Positions 16,633 through 26,420 of a stretch of DNA of 64,000 nucleotides are shown piece by piece. The notes under the pieces were generated by a model. It was not told the origin of the DNA. It ran no database searches and worked only from the letters and a program-made list of their open reading frames with translations. This stretch comes from an uncultured Candidatus Saccharibacteria bacterium (lineage in GTDB: Bacteria > Patescibacteriota > Minisyncoccia > UBA6257 > 1-14-0-10-44-23). Every line of letters begins with the position of its first letter. Position 1 is the stretch's first letter. Location of the stretch: positions 78,634-142,633 of the forward strand of contig CAZJVT010000003.1 of assembly GCA_964549935.1 (NCBI GenBank), in the 5' to 3' direction. Position numbers and translations under genes: made by a program.

Positions 16633-16974
16633 ATGATCGGCATCAGGAAGGTCACCACGCACCATCACGGTCGCTCGATCGAGTGGAACGAGAGCGTCAT
16701 CCGCATCTCGGCGATCGTCGACGGCCTCGCCGTCTCCATCCAGAAGTTGCACAAGTCGACCTTCCAGAAATCCCGCGGCGGCAAGCTTGCGAAGTCCGAT
16801 GCTCCCCGCTATCGCGTGCTCGTCGACAACATCTTCGTCCAGCCCGGCTGGGGCTTCAGGCGAGATCTGAAGCAGGCGAAGGACGACGGTGTCGCGCTGG
16901 CGATCGGAACCGCTGCCGCGGTCGCCGAAAGCAGGAAGCAAACCCGAAAGAAGAGCGCCGCGACCAAGACCTGA
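16633..16974 (+). CDS. Hypothetical protein
   Basis: 113-aa ORF with plausible composition. Confidence 0.4.
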   Translation: MIGIRKVTTHHHGRSIEWNESVIRISAIVDGLAVSIQKLHKSTFQKSRGGKLAKSDAPRYRVLVDNIFVQPGWGFRRDLKQAKDDGVALAIGTAAAVAESRKQTRKKSAATKT

Positions 16975-16998
16975 CGCGGGTCACCTCAAAACCGCGGC

Positions 16999-17523
16999 TC
17001 AGGCACCCATCGCCATCGCCGGCGTACGCTCAGGCGATTTCACCATCGCCTCTATCTCCGCTCCATGCTTCTCGATCAGCCAGGCCGCGATCGAGGAGCA
17101 GACCTTCCATTTCCAGCCCTGGATCTCCTCGGACCTGGCCTTGGCGCCGATCGCGAGGCAGACCTTGAGGGCGTCGAGCGGCCCCGAGACATGTCCGGCT
17201 TTCGGCGACTCAGGCAGCCTGATGTTGAAGAGCGCGGCGGGGTCGGCTTCGACAGCCAGGTAGAGATCGTGGTCAAACCGGGCATCGACGGAAGCGCCAT
17301 GCTCGGAGACGAAGACCGCAAGCGTGTTGATGGCGTCCTTCCGTTGCTCGGCATCGAAGGCAAGATGCCCTTTCGCCAAGACCTCCGCCTGGATGTGGGC
17401 GATGCTCGCCGCATGAAGCACGACGGCCAGGGCGCCATCGACGGCGGTGCCGCCGCTTCGCTCCGACAGCAGAAGCAGGTCGTCGCGAGTCAGCTCGTCT
17501 TCGTAGGTTTTGGTCATCGCCAA
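16999..17523 (-). CDS. Hypothetical acidic protein, paralog 2 downstream of Fic
   Basis: The C-terminal block AAWLIEKHGAEIEAMVKS matches AAWLLKEHGATIESEVKT of 17528..18049. Same operon. Confidence 0.5.
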   Translation of the reverse strand: MAMTKTYEDELTRDDLLLLSERSGGTAVDGALAVVLHAASIAHIQAEVLAKGHLAFDAEQRKDAINTLAVFVSEHGASVDARFDHDLYLAVEADPAALFNIRLPESPKAGHVSGPLDALKVCLAIGAKARSEEIQGWKWKVCSSIAAWLIEKHGAEIEAMVKSPERTPAMAMGA

Positions 17524-17527
17524 TCTC

Positions 17528-18049
17528 CTAGCCGCCCATGGCCGGACCGATGTCGATTGTCTTCACCTCGCTCTCGATCGTCGCGCCGTGCTCCTTGAGC
17601 AGCCAGGCAGCTACAGCCGGAGCGACCACATCGCGAATGCTCCGCTTGTCGTCGTCACCTGAGGTGGCCACCTCGCCGGCTGCAAGCTCCAGACAGATCG
17701 CGAGAGCCTTCATCGGCGTCATCGTCCCACCATCTTCCGGGGTCGGCGCCGGCGAGTGCTCTATGTCCATGATCGAGGACGGATCGGAGCGGACGATCTC
17801 TACGAGGGCCGGCCCGAAGCGCTTGTCGAGCGCCTCGCCATGGTTGGTGACGAAATCGACGAGCGTTCTGATCGCCTCCTCCTGCCACTTCAGCTGGTCG
17901 ACCAGGCTGTCGTCGCCATGGTTGTCTTCCGGATCCATCTGGTTGCCCTGCGCGGCTTCGGCCACCGCCTCGAGAGCATCGGAGATCATCGTTCCGCTGT
18001 CGCTCGGCGGAAATCCGGCGGGGCGCCGCGGGGCCTCTTCGAGACTCAT
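17528..18049 (-). CDS. Hypothetical acidic protein, paralog 1 downstream of Fic
   Basis: Its start overlaps the Fic stop (ATGA). Paralogous to 16999..17523. Confidence 0.5.
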   Translation of the reverse strand: MSLEEAPRRPAGFPPSDSGTMISDALEAVAEAAQGNQMDPEDNHGDDSLVDQLKWQEEAIRTLVDFVTNHGEALDKRFGPALVEIVRSDPSSIMDIEHSPAPTPEDGGTMTPMKALAICLELAAGEVATSGDDDKRSIRDVVAPAVAAWLLKEHGATIESEVKTIDIGPAMGG

Positions 18050-19746
18050 GGTTCCAATCCCTTCTGTTTCCTGGAAGATGGATCTGCCGGCTCCGGCGTC
18101 TTGCCGCTGACCGGAATTCGGTGGTCCATCGCAACGGCGACTGCGCGCTCGGCCGCTGCGACCTGGGTGTCGTCGAGATCGGCGAACAGGCTCTTGCGCT
18201 TCTTCTTCGAGAGCGCTCCGCCGTTCTCGTGGATCAGCTTTGCGAGAAGCTCGGCATTATCCTTTGGCATGCCCGTCGCGCCGCGTACGCCGGCGACGGC
18301 GTCGTCGAATCCCTCGATGAAGGCGATCTCGTGGGGCAGGTCGCGCTCGACCGTCTGCTCGACGCACCGGTAGAGGAATTCGGTCTGCCGGGTGAGATCC
18401 ATGTAGCGGTAGTGACGGCCGCGGGCCTCGCCGCTTCCGGCGCCCTTGACCTTGAGGGCCCCGTCGTCGTCGAGCGACCATGACAGGCGATCCAGAAGCG
18501 GCCGCGAGAAGCCCTCGAGGGCGCGGTCGTAGCCATCCATGTCGCGAAGCATCGCCGCCGATACCGGGAGGATGCCGCCCTGGGGCGTATAGCCGGTCGA
18601 GGCCAGGGTCGAATGCACCAGGAAGCGGCTGGTCCGGCCGTTGCCGTCCTCGAAGGGGTGGATGTAGACGAGCCCGAACTTGAGCAGGGCGGCGACGACG
18701 ACCGGATCCGTGCCGGCGCCCGCCAGGCGATTGGCCTGCGCCACCAGGCCGCGCATCATGCCGCCGACCTGCGCCGGATCCGGGCTGATGTAGTCCACCA
18801 CCCCGCGGTTGCCGCCGCCGCTCCGCTTGAAGACGTAGTTCGACGTGTTGCGGTAGCCTGTCCTGCGATCGGTGCCGGCGAGAACCTCGGCGACGACGTT
18901 CTGGATCTCGTGCTCGGATAGCTGGGGCGCGCCGCCTCGTCGGCCCTGGGACCCGGCGGATCGCGCCAGCATCTGGACGAAGCGCCGCTCCTTTTCCGGA
19001 CTGGGCTTCTCCTGCTCGATCGCGAAGCTGTCCCTGGTCTCCTTGGCGAAGAGCCAGCCGGCGGCGCGGCGCGCGGTCTCTGGATCGGCTTCAGCGACGA
19101 TGCGGCGGGCACGGCCGGACAGGTCCAGGGCGCGCATCGACTCGATCTCGCCGGTGATCCACACCATCGGGCACCATTCGGGCGTGCCAGGCATGTTGTC
19201 GACGACATGGTGGCGGCGCGATCTCGTGCCCATCGCCGGCGCCACCTGCATCTTCACGTCGATCGCCGGGACGTAGAAGCCCTCGATCGCGCTGTCGGGC
19301 AGCTCGAGCTGGCGGCCGGTGAGCCATTCGGCGAGGAACCAGGCGCGCCTGGCATGCCGGCCGGTCGGTTCCGACCGCACCCAGTCGGCGACATGACGGC
19401 CGGCGAGATCGGAGGCTGGGGATGCCTGGAAGAGGTCGGCGAGGACAGCGAGGTTCACGCCTTCGTTGCGAAGGGCGAAGTCAAGGTGCCAGGCGAGGAA
19501 CCGCGGGTCCTCGCCGCCGCCGAGAGCGTCCGGCTTCGGTGCCTGGTGCGGACGATGGCGGATCCAGGTCCTGCCGCTGATCGGGTCCTCGATCTCGGCC
19601 TTCTTCCAGCTGTCGCCGGTCGAAGCGCAGCGCAGCGGCCGATCGACGATCGGGTCGAGGCCGTAGGCCGCGATCAGGGCCGCATAGCCGAGGGGGACGG
19701 TGCCGGTCGGGGATTCCATGACCATCGCAGGATCGTTATGGAGCAC
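18046..19746 (-). CDS. Fic/Doc-family protein (probable AMPylase) with a long N-terminal domain
   Basis: Canonical Fic motif HPFEDGNGRTSRFL. The start is uncertain (GTG at 19746, or ATG at 19722/19716). The antisense ORFs are Arg-rich. Confidence 0.75.
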   Translation of the reverse strand: MLHNDPAMVMESPTGTVPLGYAALIAAYGLDPIVDRPLRCASTGDSWKKAEIEDPISGRTWIRHRPHQAPKPDALGGGEDPRFLAWHLDFALRNEGVNLAVLADLFQASPASDLAGRHVADWVRSEPTGRHARRAWFLAEWLTGRQLELPDSAIEGFYVPAIDVKMQVAPAMGTRSRRHHVVDNMPGTPEWCPMVWITGEIESMRALDLSGRARRIVAEADPETARRAAGWLFAKETRDSFAIEQEKPSPEKERRFVQMLARSAGSQGRRGGAPQLSEHEIQNVVAEVLAGTDRRTGYRNTSNYVFKRSGGGNRGVVDYISPDPAQVGGMMRGLVAQANRLAGAGTDPVVVAALLKFGLVYIHPFEDGNGRTSRFLVHSTLASTGYTPQGGILPVSAAMLRDMDGYDRALEGFSRPLLDRLSWSLDDDGALKVKGAGSGEARGRHYRYMDLTRQTEFLYRCVEQTVERDLPHEIAFIEGFDDAVAGVRGATGMPKDNAELLAKLIHENGGALSKKKRKSLFADLDDTQVAAAERAVAVAMDHRIPVSGKTPEPADPSSRKQKGLEP

Positions 19747-19790
19747 GCAAAATCGTTATGGAACACGCAAATTCATTATGAAGACGAGAG
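19732..19790. repeat. 20-bp tandem direct repeats at the Fic 5' end/promoter
   Basis: ATCGTTATGGAGCACGCAAA (19732..19751), ATCGTTATGGAACACGCAAA (19752..19771) and a partial third copy TTCATTATGAAGACGAG. Confidence 0.6.
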
Positions 19791-19922
19791 GAGAAAGCGT
19801 CAATGGATAGATGGATTAATCGCGTAGCTATAGAAGATGCTCTCCTGAAACCGCAATTTTTTGACGCCAATTTCGCATCCGCTCGCCTTCTTGGTTTCTG
19901 TGTGCTCTGCTAAACTAGGTGG

Positions 19923-22900
19923 ATGCACGATAAATCAACCGTCAGGCCCTCCCTCCCCGCCGTCCAGATGGCTACAGGCAGCGGTTCTGGGCCGGATGTC
20001 GAGGCCATGCCGCTCCCGGAGCTCCAGCCGGGCCAGTATTGGCGTGCCAACAGGGAGATGCCGGAGGGCGACCGCGGCCGGGAGTGGTCGGGGGCCTGGG
20101 AGGTCGGCTTTTCCTACCTGGTCAAGGACCTGAAGGTCGTCGACGGGCGCCTCCATACCGTCGTCCTGCATCCCCATCCGCTGAGCGACTACCAGCACGA
20201 CACCGAGATGCTGGCCCGGCATTTCTTCGCCGCGTTCGAGCGCGATCTCGATCCGGACGTGTCCCGTGCCGCCGACATGAAGGCGCTGCAGGAACGCATC
20301 GGGCAGATCAACCAAGAGATCGCCGACGGCCCGAGGCTGGAGGATGTCTCGACCGCCGCCCAAAGGCGCCTGATCGAAGCCGGCACGGCAACCCCTCGGC
20401 CGGAGGCGGCCGGCGCAGGCGCTCTTTCCATCAGCGAGACCGATATCCAGAAGGCGCAGAAGCGTTCGGGCGCCCTGCTGGAGGTCAGCAAGAAGAAGGC
20501 CGCCTGGCTCCAGCAGCGGGTCGAAGCCGTCGGCGAGACCGCCAGCCGGATCGCTCTCTTCGGCCGCGAGAAGGCGGAGACCGCCCTTGCCCAGGTCAAG
20601 GACGTGCTGCGATACGCGCAGCACCTCGAGGAAGGCATCGAGACGCTCGGCCTCTACACCGGCAAGGACGTGCAGGTGCAAATGCTGTGCGACGGGCCGC
20701 TCGCCTCCGACGATGCGCCGCTTTCGATCTTCCAGCGCCGTCTCTACATGGACGAGGAATTCCTTGTCCATCTGGCGGAGGGTGGCGCCACCTGGCGTGA
20801 CGTCGAAAGCTTCGGCAAGGCGCTCGGTGAAGACGAGACGCTGCTGGACCGCATCATCCCGTCGGAACGCGGCGTCGTCTGCATGCGCTATCGGCGCCAC
20901 GAGAAGCAGATCGATCTCGGGGAATTCAAGACGGTGGCCGAGGCTTTCAGCGCGGGCCTCAAGGCGCAGGAAGAAGAGGCCCGCAACAGGACGACTTTCC
21001 TCCTGATCCGAGACGGCCGTCGCGTTTGGCAGGTCTGGTCCGAGATCTCGACCGACAACAGCCCGCGCCTGTTCCCGACGATGAAGGAAGTCGACAAGCC
21101 GTTCGTCGGATGGGGCTGGCACGGAGAGGAGAAGCAGCGGATCGACCTCGAGGACATCCGGTTCTCCGACAAGCTCGAGGAAAGTCGGCGGATCCAGCTG
21201 CACTATCGCCGTCTGCTGATCCTGCTCTGGGGACTCGACGATCGCGAGAACCTGGTCGGCCTCCGCCGCTCGGGTGATACGCGCAAATTCACCGACCTCT
21301 CCTTCCAGAAGGACCGCTTCGTCTTCATTTCCGACGATGACGAGGAGCGGCTTCTCAGCACCGGCCGCCCGTCTTTCAGAAAGTTCGCCGCCGAGCACAA
21401 CGCCATGCTTCGTTCCGGCTCCCGTGTGCTTTGCCTCTGGGGAAACCTACTCACGAGCGATACCGCGCCCGGCTGCGTGAAGTCGATCGATCGACGGTCG
21501 AGCCACGGTCCGCGCGACGAGGTCAGGCTGTGGCCCGACAACGACACCGACATCCTGATTGCCAGGAAGGATGGCGACGAGATCGTCGTCGACGTCGAGG
21601 CGTCGGGCGAGAAGCGCAGCTGGATGTACGACCGATACGAGACCTCGGGCCAGACGCGTCGCATCAAGGCGCGCGTGAGCCTGACCGCCTACAGGGAAGC
21701 AAGCATCGGCTTCCTTGTGCTCGACGCGATCAAGGCCGAGGATTTGAAGTTCTACTGCGAGTCGCGACTCGAGCGGCAGAGCTATCTCCACTACCTCTCC
21801 ACGTTCATTGCCGCCCGCAAGCATGTCGAAACCGTGCGCGAGGCCGAAGTCGAGTCCCGCGATGTGCTCGCCAATGGCCTGAAGGCGGCGGGCTTGTTCG
21901 ATGACGAGCGTTGTGCCGGCGTCCTCGACGAAGCGATCCTCGCTTGGCGCGCACGGAACCGCGGCAAGGCGTTGCCCGGTCCGCTCGATCCAGAATGGAA
22001 GGCTGCCGCGACCGCCATCTACGGCTTCTGCTGGATCGCGCTCGGCAAGGATATCGACCTGGAGCCGATCGCGACCGACCTCGCGGCGAAGGGCGGCCGC
22101 AAGCCGCTGCGCCTGGTGCTGACAGGCAACAACCAGGTGATCCTCTATGCGTCCTCGACGGCGAACGAGATGCAGGACGCGCTCGGGAACTGGCCATGGG
22201 TCACCCGGATCGCTTGCCGGCGACTGCGGAAGGCACCATGGCTGGCGGTCGAAGGAGAAAGCTTCGCCATCCTCCCGGCGCGCGCCGCGGACGAGCGCGT
22301 GCTGACCGAATGGCCGGAGGCGACGAAATGGATCGACCTCGTCGATCACGACAAGATCGGCCCCGATGGCAGGCGCGAGCTCGTTGCCTGGCTTAGAGAC
22401 GCCGCCGCGGCTGCTCCTCAGCTGATCGCGCCCTCCCGCCATCTGGTCGAGACCATGCTGAAGGAGGCGACCGAGCTCAGCCGCCTGAACTCGAAAGGAA
22501 TGGTGAGGCGGCCCGACGTCGTGATCCCGTTCGCGATCGTCAGGAAGAAGGAAGTGGAATTCCGCCAGCCGGACGCATGTCGTGTCCTCGCAATGCGCAT
22601 CGATGCCTTCTGGTGGTGCTGGCGCCATGGGCTTGCCGCGGAGACCGAAGAGGCTCTGAGGGGGCGTTACAGCAGGCCGGGGACGCATGTCCGGCAGCTT
22701 CGCGGCGAAAACGATCCGGAAGGCGAGGATCGCGCCTGGTCGGGAGACTTCGAGGCGTCGCTGGTCTCGTTGTCGTCCAAGGATGTGGTCAGGGCTCTCG
22801 ACGATGGGCAGAGCCTCCCGAACCTCATCGATGCCCATGTCTACGACAGCGTTCCGATCAACGAAGGCCACTTCGAAGCCCTGCAGGACATCCTCCGCGA

Positions 22901-23165
22901 TGGCCGTAGCAACTGGATGTTCGGGGAGAGGTTCGCCTACCGCAAGAATCGATCGAAGCCTGCTGCCTGGGACTTCGTTTTGAAGATCAAGGACGCCTGG
23001 GCGCTCGCCGTTCCGTTCAGCGACAGCTCCCGACGTCCCGGGAAGCCGGCCCCGAAGCCGGAAGCGGATGACGAGGCGGAGCAGGAGGACGCCAGACCGG
23101 CCGAGCAGGACGATGAGGATGATCAGGATGACGGGCCCGCAGCGCAGGAGGATCTGAATCCATGA
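19923..23165 (+). CDS. Large hypothetical protein (1080 aa) with an acidic C-terminal tail
   Basis: Continuous ORF with natural composition. Both long antisense ORFs are Arg/Gly/Pro-rich. -35/-10-like TTGACG...GCTAAACT lies upstream. No motif recognisable by eye. Confidence 0.6.
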   Translation: MHDKSTVRPSLPAVQMATGSGSGPDVEAMPLPELQPGQYWRANREMPEGDRGREWSGAWEVGFSYLVKDLKVVDGRLHTVVLHPHPLSDYQHDTEMLARHFFAAFERDLDPDVSRAADMKALQERIGQINQEIADGPRLEDVSTAAQRRLIEAGTATPRPEAAGAGALSISETDIQKAQKRSGALLEVSKKKAAWLQQRVEAVGETASRIALFGREKAETALAQVKDVLRYAQHLEEGIETLGLYTGKDVQVQMLCDGPLASDDAPLSIFQRRLYMDEEFLVHLAEGGATWRDVESFGKALGEDETLLDRIIPSERGVVCMRYRRHEKQIDLGEFKTVAEAFSAGLKAQEEEARNRTTFLLIRDGRRVWQVWSEISTDNSPRLFPTMKEVDKPFVGWGWHGEEKQRIDLEDIRFSDKLEESRRIQLHYRRLLILLWGLDDRENLVGLRRSGDTRKFTDLSFQKDRFVFISDDDEERLLSTGRPSFRKFAAEHNAMLRSGSRVLCLWGNLLTSDTAPGCVKSIDRRSSHGPRDEVRLWPDNDTDILIARKDGDEIVVDVEASGEKRSWMYDRYETSGQTRRIKARVSLTAYREASIGFLVLDAIKAEDLKFYCESRLERQSYLHYLSTFIAARKHVETVREAEVESRDVLANGLKAAGLFDDERCAGVLDEAILAWRARNRGKALPGPLDPEWKAAATAIYGFCWIALGKDIDLEPIATDLAAKGGRKPLRLVLTGNNQVILYASSTANEMQDALGNWPWVTRIACRRLRKAPWLAVEGESFAILPARAADERVLTEWPEATKWIDLVDHDKIGPDGRRELVAWLRDAAAAAPQLIAPSRHLVETMLKEATELSRLNSKGMVRRPDVVIPFAIVRKKEVEFRQPDACRVLAMRIDAFWWCWRHGLAAETEEALRGRYSRPGTHVRQLRGENDPEGEDRAWSGDFEASLVSLSSKDVVRALDDGQSLPNLIDAHVYDSVPINEGHFEALQDILRDGRSNWMFGERFAYRKNRSKPAAWDFVLKIKDAWALAVPFSDSSRRPGKPAPKPEADDEAEQEDARPAEQDDEDDQDDGPAAQEDLNP

Positions 23166-23545
23166 GCCGCAAGCAGTATCCTTTGATCCTCTCGGCACCC
23201 GACGCGCTGCGCGAAGCGGCCGCGGCGATCGTCGACCCGGACGCCCGCTTCCTCACCTGGCTCGACGGCAATCGCGCGACCGCGAATTGGCAGGCGACGC
23301 ATGCTAGGCAGAAGTCCGACCCGATCATCGAGCTGATGCTGCCTTCCCTTCTGGCCGGCATCGAGCTCGCCAAGGAAGGCGTGGCGTCTTCGGATCCCGG
23401 GATCCGCGGCAAGTCCGCGGCCTTCCTCGAAGCCGCGAGCGCCATCGGGTTCGATTTCCGAAATACGTTAGCAAATTTGTTAACAGATTCCGGAATTTCG
23501 ACCATTTCGACTTCTTCTCCCAGCCAATCGGAGCCTTCTCCATGA
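23162..23545 (+). CDS. Hypothetical protein (middle gene of the 3-gene operon)
   Basis: ATGA overlaps at both ends. Its 3' end is a low-GC stretch carrying a TTCCGGAAT motif and a GTTAAC palindrome. Confidence 0.45.
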   Translation: MSRKQYPLILSAPDALREAAAAIVDPDARFLTWLDGNRATANWQATHARQKSDPIIELMLPSLLAGIELAKEGVASSDPGIRGKSAAFLEAASAIGFDFRNTLANLLTDSGISTISTSSPSQSEPSP

Positions 23546-24759
23546 GCCTCTCCATGATCGACCCGATGCGCTTTCGGACGGCGATGGAGGAGATCCGTCG
23601 CCGCACCCACAACCAGGGCGAGGAGGCGGTGAAGGCCGCGGTCCAGGAATGGATCGAGGGTGCCTTCTCCGAGTTCGAAGGGACGGTCCGCCGCTTCCGG
23701 CGCGGTCCGGAAATCTTCGATGCCCGACTGCCCTTCGCCGAGGAGGGTGGGCTCGCGGCCTTCAGCACCGTCTCGCTCGGCAACTGGATGGAGGTCGCCG
23801 CCGTCGCCGGGGTCCCTGCGATCCAGGCCGACTTCCTGGGATGCCTGCCGCTCACGCCTCTTCTCGGCATGGCGGATCCCGGCGATCTCGAGGCCGCATC
23901 TCGGAACGAGACCTTCAAGAAGGTGGCCGCCGACATCGAGGCGATCGTGAGTAAGGTCCCTGACGGCCATATTCTACGCATGGACGCGGCTGGCGGCGCC
24001 GAGCTCAAGATGGCGATGGCCGAGGGCTCCATGGATCCGCTCGCGGCGCGGCCGCGGGCGCGCGGTTTCATCGAGCACGAAGGCAAGCGCTTCATGGATC
24101 TCGACGATCCGCGCTTCTTCGAGATCCTGATGTCGTATCCCGAGGACGCCGTGCCGATGTGGTCGCGGCCATGGATGCAGGCGAAAAGGCGCGCCGGCAC
24201 CAACCAGTGGGGCGAGCCCGGTAGCTTCCCACGCGAATGGCGCGTCTTCATCGCCGAGTCCCGGATCGTCGGCATCAGCAATTACTACCCGCAATCGCCG
24301 ATGACGATCCGCGAGCTCGATGTCGAGGTGATCAACGCGGTCACGTCGCGTGCGATCTCGATGATCGGCGCGATGAAGGCCGGGCGCGTGCGGCCGTTCC
24401 ATCCGACCTATACCAAGGAAGTGGCGCCGAACGACATCTGCTGCAGCCTCGACTTCATGGAGGCCGAGGACGGGCGGCTCCTTTTCCTCGAGGGTGGTCC
24501 GGGCCATCTCAGCTTCTGGGGAGCGTCGGGCTGCTGCTTCGGCGAGAAGTCGCCGATCCGCGGCGTCGCGCTCGCGGCCGGCAAGCCTCCGACGATGCAG
24601 GCGGCGTTTCCGATCGAGCTCGAGCATTTCCCTGAGATCGCCGTCATGATGAAGGCGCGCGTCGCTAAGCGCGCCGAGGACATCGCTCAGATGATGGATC
24701 TCGCCGAGCAGGTGCGGGGCGCAGCTAAGGAAGAGAAGAGCGAGATGGCGATCGCGTGA
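23542..24759 (+). CDS. ATP-grasp-like protein (R2K-clade-like, DUF4343-like), tentative
   Basis: The C-terminal half contains the EWRVFIAESRIVGISNYY pattern, reminiscent of phage/plasmid ATP-grasp families. Confidence 0.4.
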   Translation: MSLSMIDPMRFRTAMEEIRRRTHNQGEEAVKAAVQEWIEGAFSEFEGTVRRFRRGPEIFDARLPFAEEGGLAAFSTVSLGNWMEVAAVAGVPAIQADFLGCLPLTPLLGMADPGDLEAASRNETFKKVAADIEAIVSKVPDGHILRMDAAGGAELKMAMAEGSMDPLAARPRARGFIEHEGKRFMDLDDPRFFEILMSYPEDAVPMWSRPWMQAKRRAGTNQWGEPGSFPREWRVFIAESRIVGISNYYPQSPMTIRELDVEVINAVTSRAISMIGAMKAGRVRPFHPTYTKEVAPNDICCSLDFMEAEDGRLLFLEGGPGHLSFWGASGCCFGEKSPIRGVALAAGKPPTMQAAFPIELEHFPEIAVMMKARVAKRAEDIAQMMDLAEQVRGAAKEEKSEMAIA

Positions 24760-24988
24760 GCGATCGTCGTTGACTCTAGCACTGTGTCGTCGTTGAATGC
24801 GCATGGACGAGCGCGTCCGATCGACGATCGGGCAATCGCTAAATGGCGCTCCTCGAGAAGCAAGGCTTCTTCGACGCACAAAGCAGGCGCAAGACTGCAC
24901 GCGGTCCGAATGATCCCGAAGGTCCGGACATCGTTCGATCCGCTCGCCCGAACTATGTCCTTAAATCGTAGAGCTTTTTTAAGAGGGC

Positions 24989-25147
24989 ATGGGCATGCCA
25001 TCCGTTGAAGAGATCGAAAAGCTGCTGAAGCGGTTCAAAGTGACGAGGCGTCCTGGGGATTTTCCAGCCCCCGACCTCATCATCACGCTCAAGGACAAGC
25101 TCGACTCCGATCACCTCTGGTCGCGGTTCATTGCGATCCGATCGAGC
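24989..25147 (+). CDS. Possible small protein (53 aa)
   Basis: ATG with AAGAGGG RBS 7 nt upstream. Not in the ORF track because it is under 60 aa. Coding status uncertain. Confidence 0.2.
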
Positions 25148-25250
25148 TGAATCTCGCATCGTTGGAACGGGCGGCTTCGGCCGCCCGTTCCTTCCTCGCC
25201 GGCCCCTTGCTGGCCGTGCTTGTCCGGAAGCCATGCTAGTCTTTGCCGCC

Positions 25251-25448
25251 ATGGCCGACGACAAGCAGCCCCTCAGCCCCAAGGCGCTTCGCAAGTTGCG
25301 CCGCCGTCTCGAGAACGACGAGAGCGTGAGGGTCGCGCGCTTCTGGTCGAAGCCGCGATCGGCCGAGCAACTGGACGACAGGTCGCGTCCCGTCGATCGC
25401 CAGGCATCCAAGGACCTTAGCCACGCCAAGAAGAAAAGGCGCCGCTAG
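25251..25448 (+). CDS. Possible small basic protein
   Basis: Internal ATG of ORF 25131..25448. Basic C-terminus KKKRRR. Weak evidence. Confidence 0.25.
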   Translation: MADDKQPLSPKALRKLRRRLENDESVRVARFWSKPRSAEQLDDRSRPVDRQASKDLSHAKKKRRR

Positions 25449-25460
25449 CGACGTCCTCCA

Positions 25461-26420
25461 TCAAGGCTCGTGCAGCACACGGTACTCGATCTCCAGCAGC
25501 TTGGCGCCGCCGGCGGCGCCGGCCACCTTCTCGACCTTCTCCCTATGCAGACCGCCGGGCATCGGTGCCGGCAGCGAGTTCTCGACCTTCCGATACGCCG
25601 GATGCTTGAGATCCTCGATGCTCGCCCAGCTCTCGCAGAGCATCACCGGGTCGGTCTCGAGATTGCGCCAGGCTTGGTAGGTCCCCCAGCCGCTGTCGAC
25701 CAGGCTGATGACGACGCCGAGCACGGTCGCGTCCCATCTCCGCCAGATCGTATCGGAGCAGCGGGTGATCCGGTCCTTGCCGTCCGGAAGGCGGATGCGA
25801 TACCCACCCCTCGTGTCGACCTCTTCCCAGACGACCGCGTCGAAGCCCGGGTCGATCTCGACCTGCTCGTAGCTTTCGAGCCCGGACACGACCTCCTCGA
25901 TCTTCTTCAGGGCCGACACCGAGGCGGGGTCGCCGCGACCCTCGAGCAGCTGGTGGATGACGCGGGCTTCGGCCAGCGACAGGTAGGTCGCCTGCTGGAT
26001 TCCTGAACCCGGCCCCCGTTCCGCCGCCTCGCGGGCCTTCCTTTCGTCCCGCTCTGCGCAGTCCCTCCTGAACTCGGTCGCTTCCCAGCTGTGGAGCGGA
26101 AGCTTCTCGCCCGGCCTGGCCATGGACCAGGCACGCAGGTCGCCGACGATGTTGAGGACCTCCCTGCGCTTCTGCTTGTGGACCGACCTCAGGGCTTCCT
26201 CGATCGCCATGTCAGGCGCCTCGATCAGCGCGCTCCAGTATCGCCAACCGGCGGCCTCGATCGCCTTCATCGCCGCGGGCGACGGCACGATGTAGTAGAG
26301 AGTGCCGCCACGCCGGCGCTTCCGATGGCTGAGGATGACCGGCTCGATCAGCGACCAGGGCCGGAGATCCTCCACCCGCGGCATGCGCCGGGCGTCGTCT
26401 TCGGACATCTTGATCGCCAT
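25461..26420 (-). CDS. Hypothetical protein (third gene of a coupled minus-strand operon)
   Basis: 319-aa ORF. Start overlaps the upstream stop. The competing plus ORF is Leu/Arg/Gly-rich. Confidence 0.5.
   Translation of the reverse strand: MAIKMSEDDARRMPRVEDLRPWSLIEPVILSHRKRRRGGTLYYIVPSPAAMKAIEAAGWRYWSALIEAPDMAIEEALRSVHKQKRREVLNIVGDLRAWSMARPGEKLPLHSWEATEFRRDCAERDERKAREAAERGPGSGIQQATYLSLAEARVIHQLLEGRGDPASVSALKKIEEVVSGLESYEQVEIDPGFDAVVWEEVDTRGGYRIRLPDGKDRITRCSDTIWRRWDATVLGVVISLVDSGWGTYQAWRNLETDPVMLCESWASIEDLKHPAYRKVENSLPAPMPGGLHREKVEKVAGAAGGAKLLEIEYRVLHEP

Noticed and set aside
19935-23198. Long minus-strand ORFs 19935..21398 and 21447..23198
   Set aside because: They are antisense to the 1080-aa gene. 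Their composition is dominated by Arg/Gly/Leu/Asp repeats and they have no motifs.
24760-25250. Roughly 490-bp apparently non-coding stretch, considered for a small RNA or att site
   Set aside because: There are no convincing structured-RNA hallmarks or integrase-associated repeats. It contains only weak small ORFs (24989..25147, 25251..25448), which are reported at low confidence instead.
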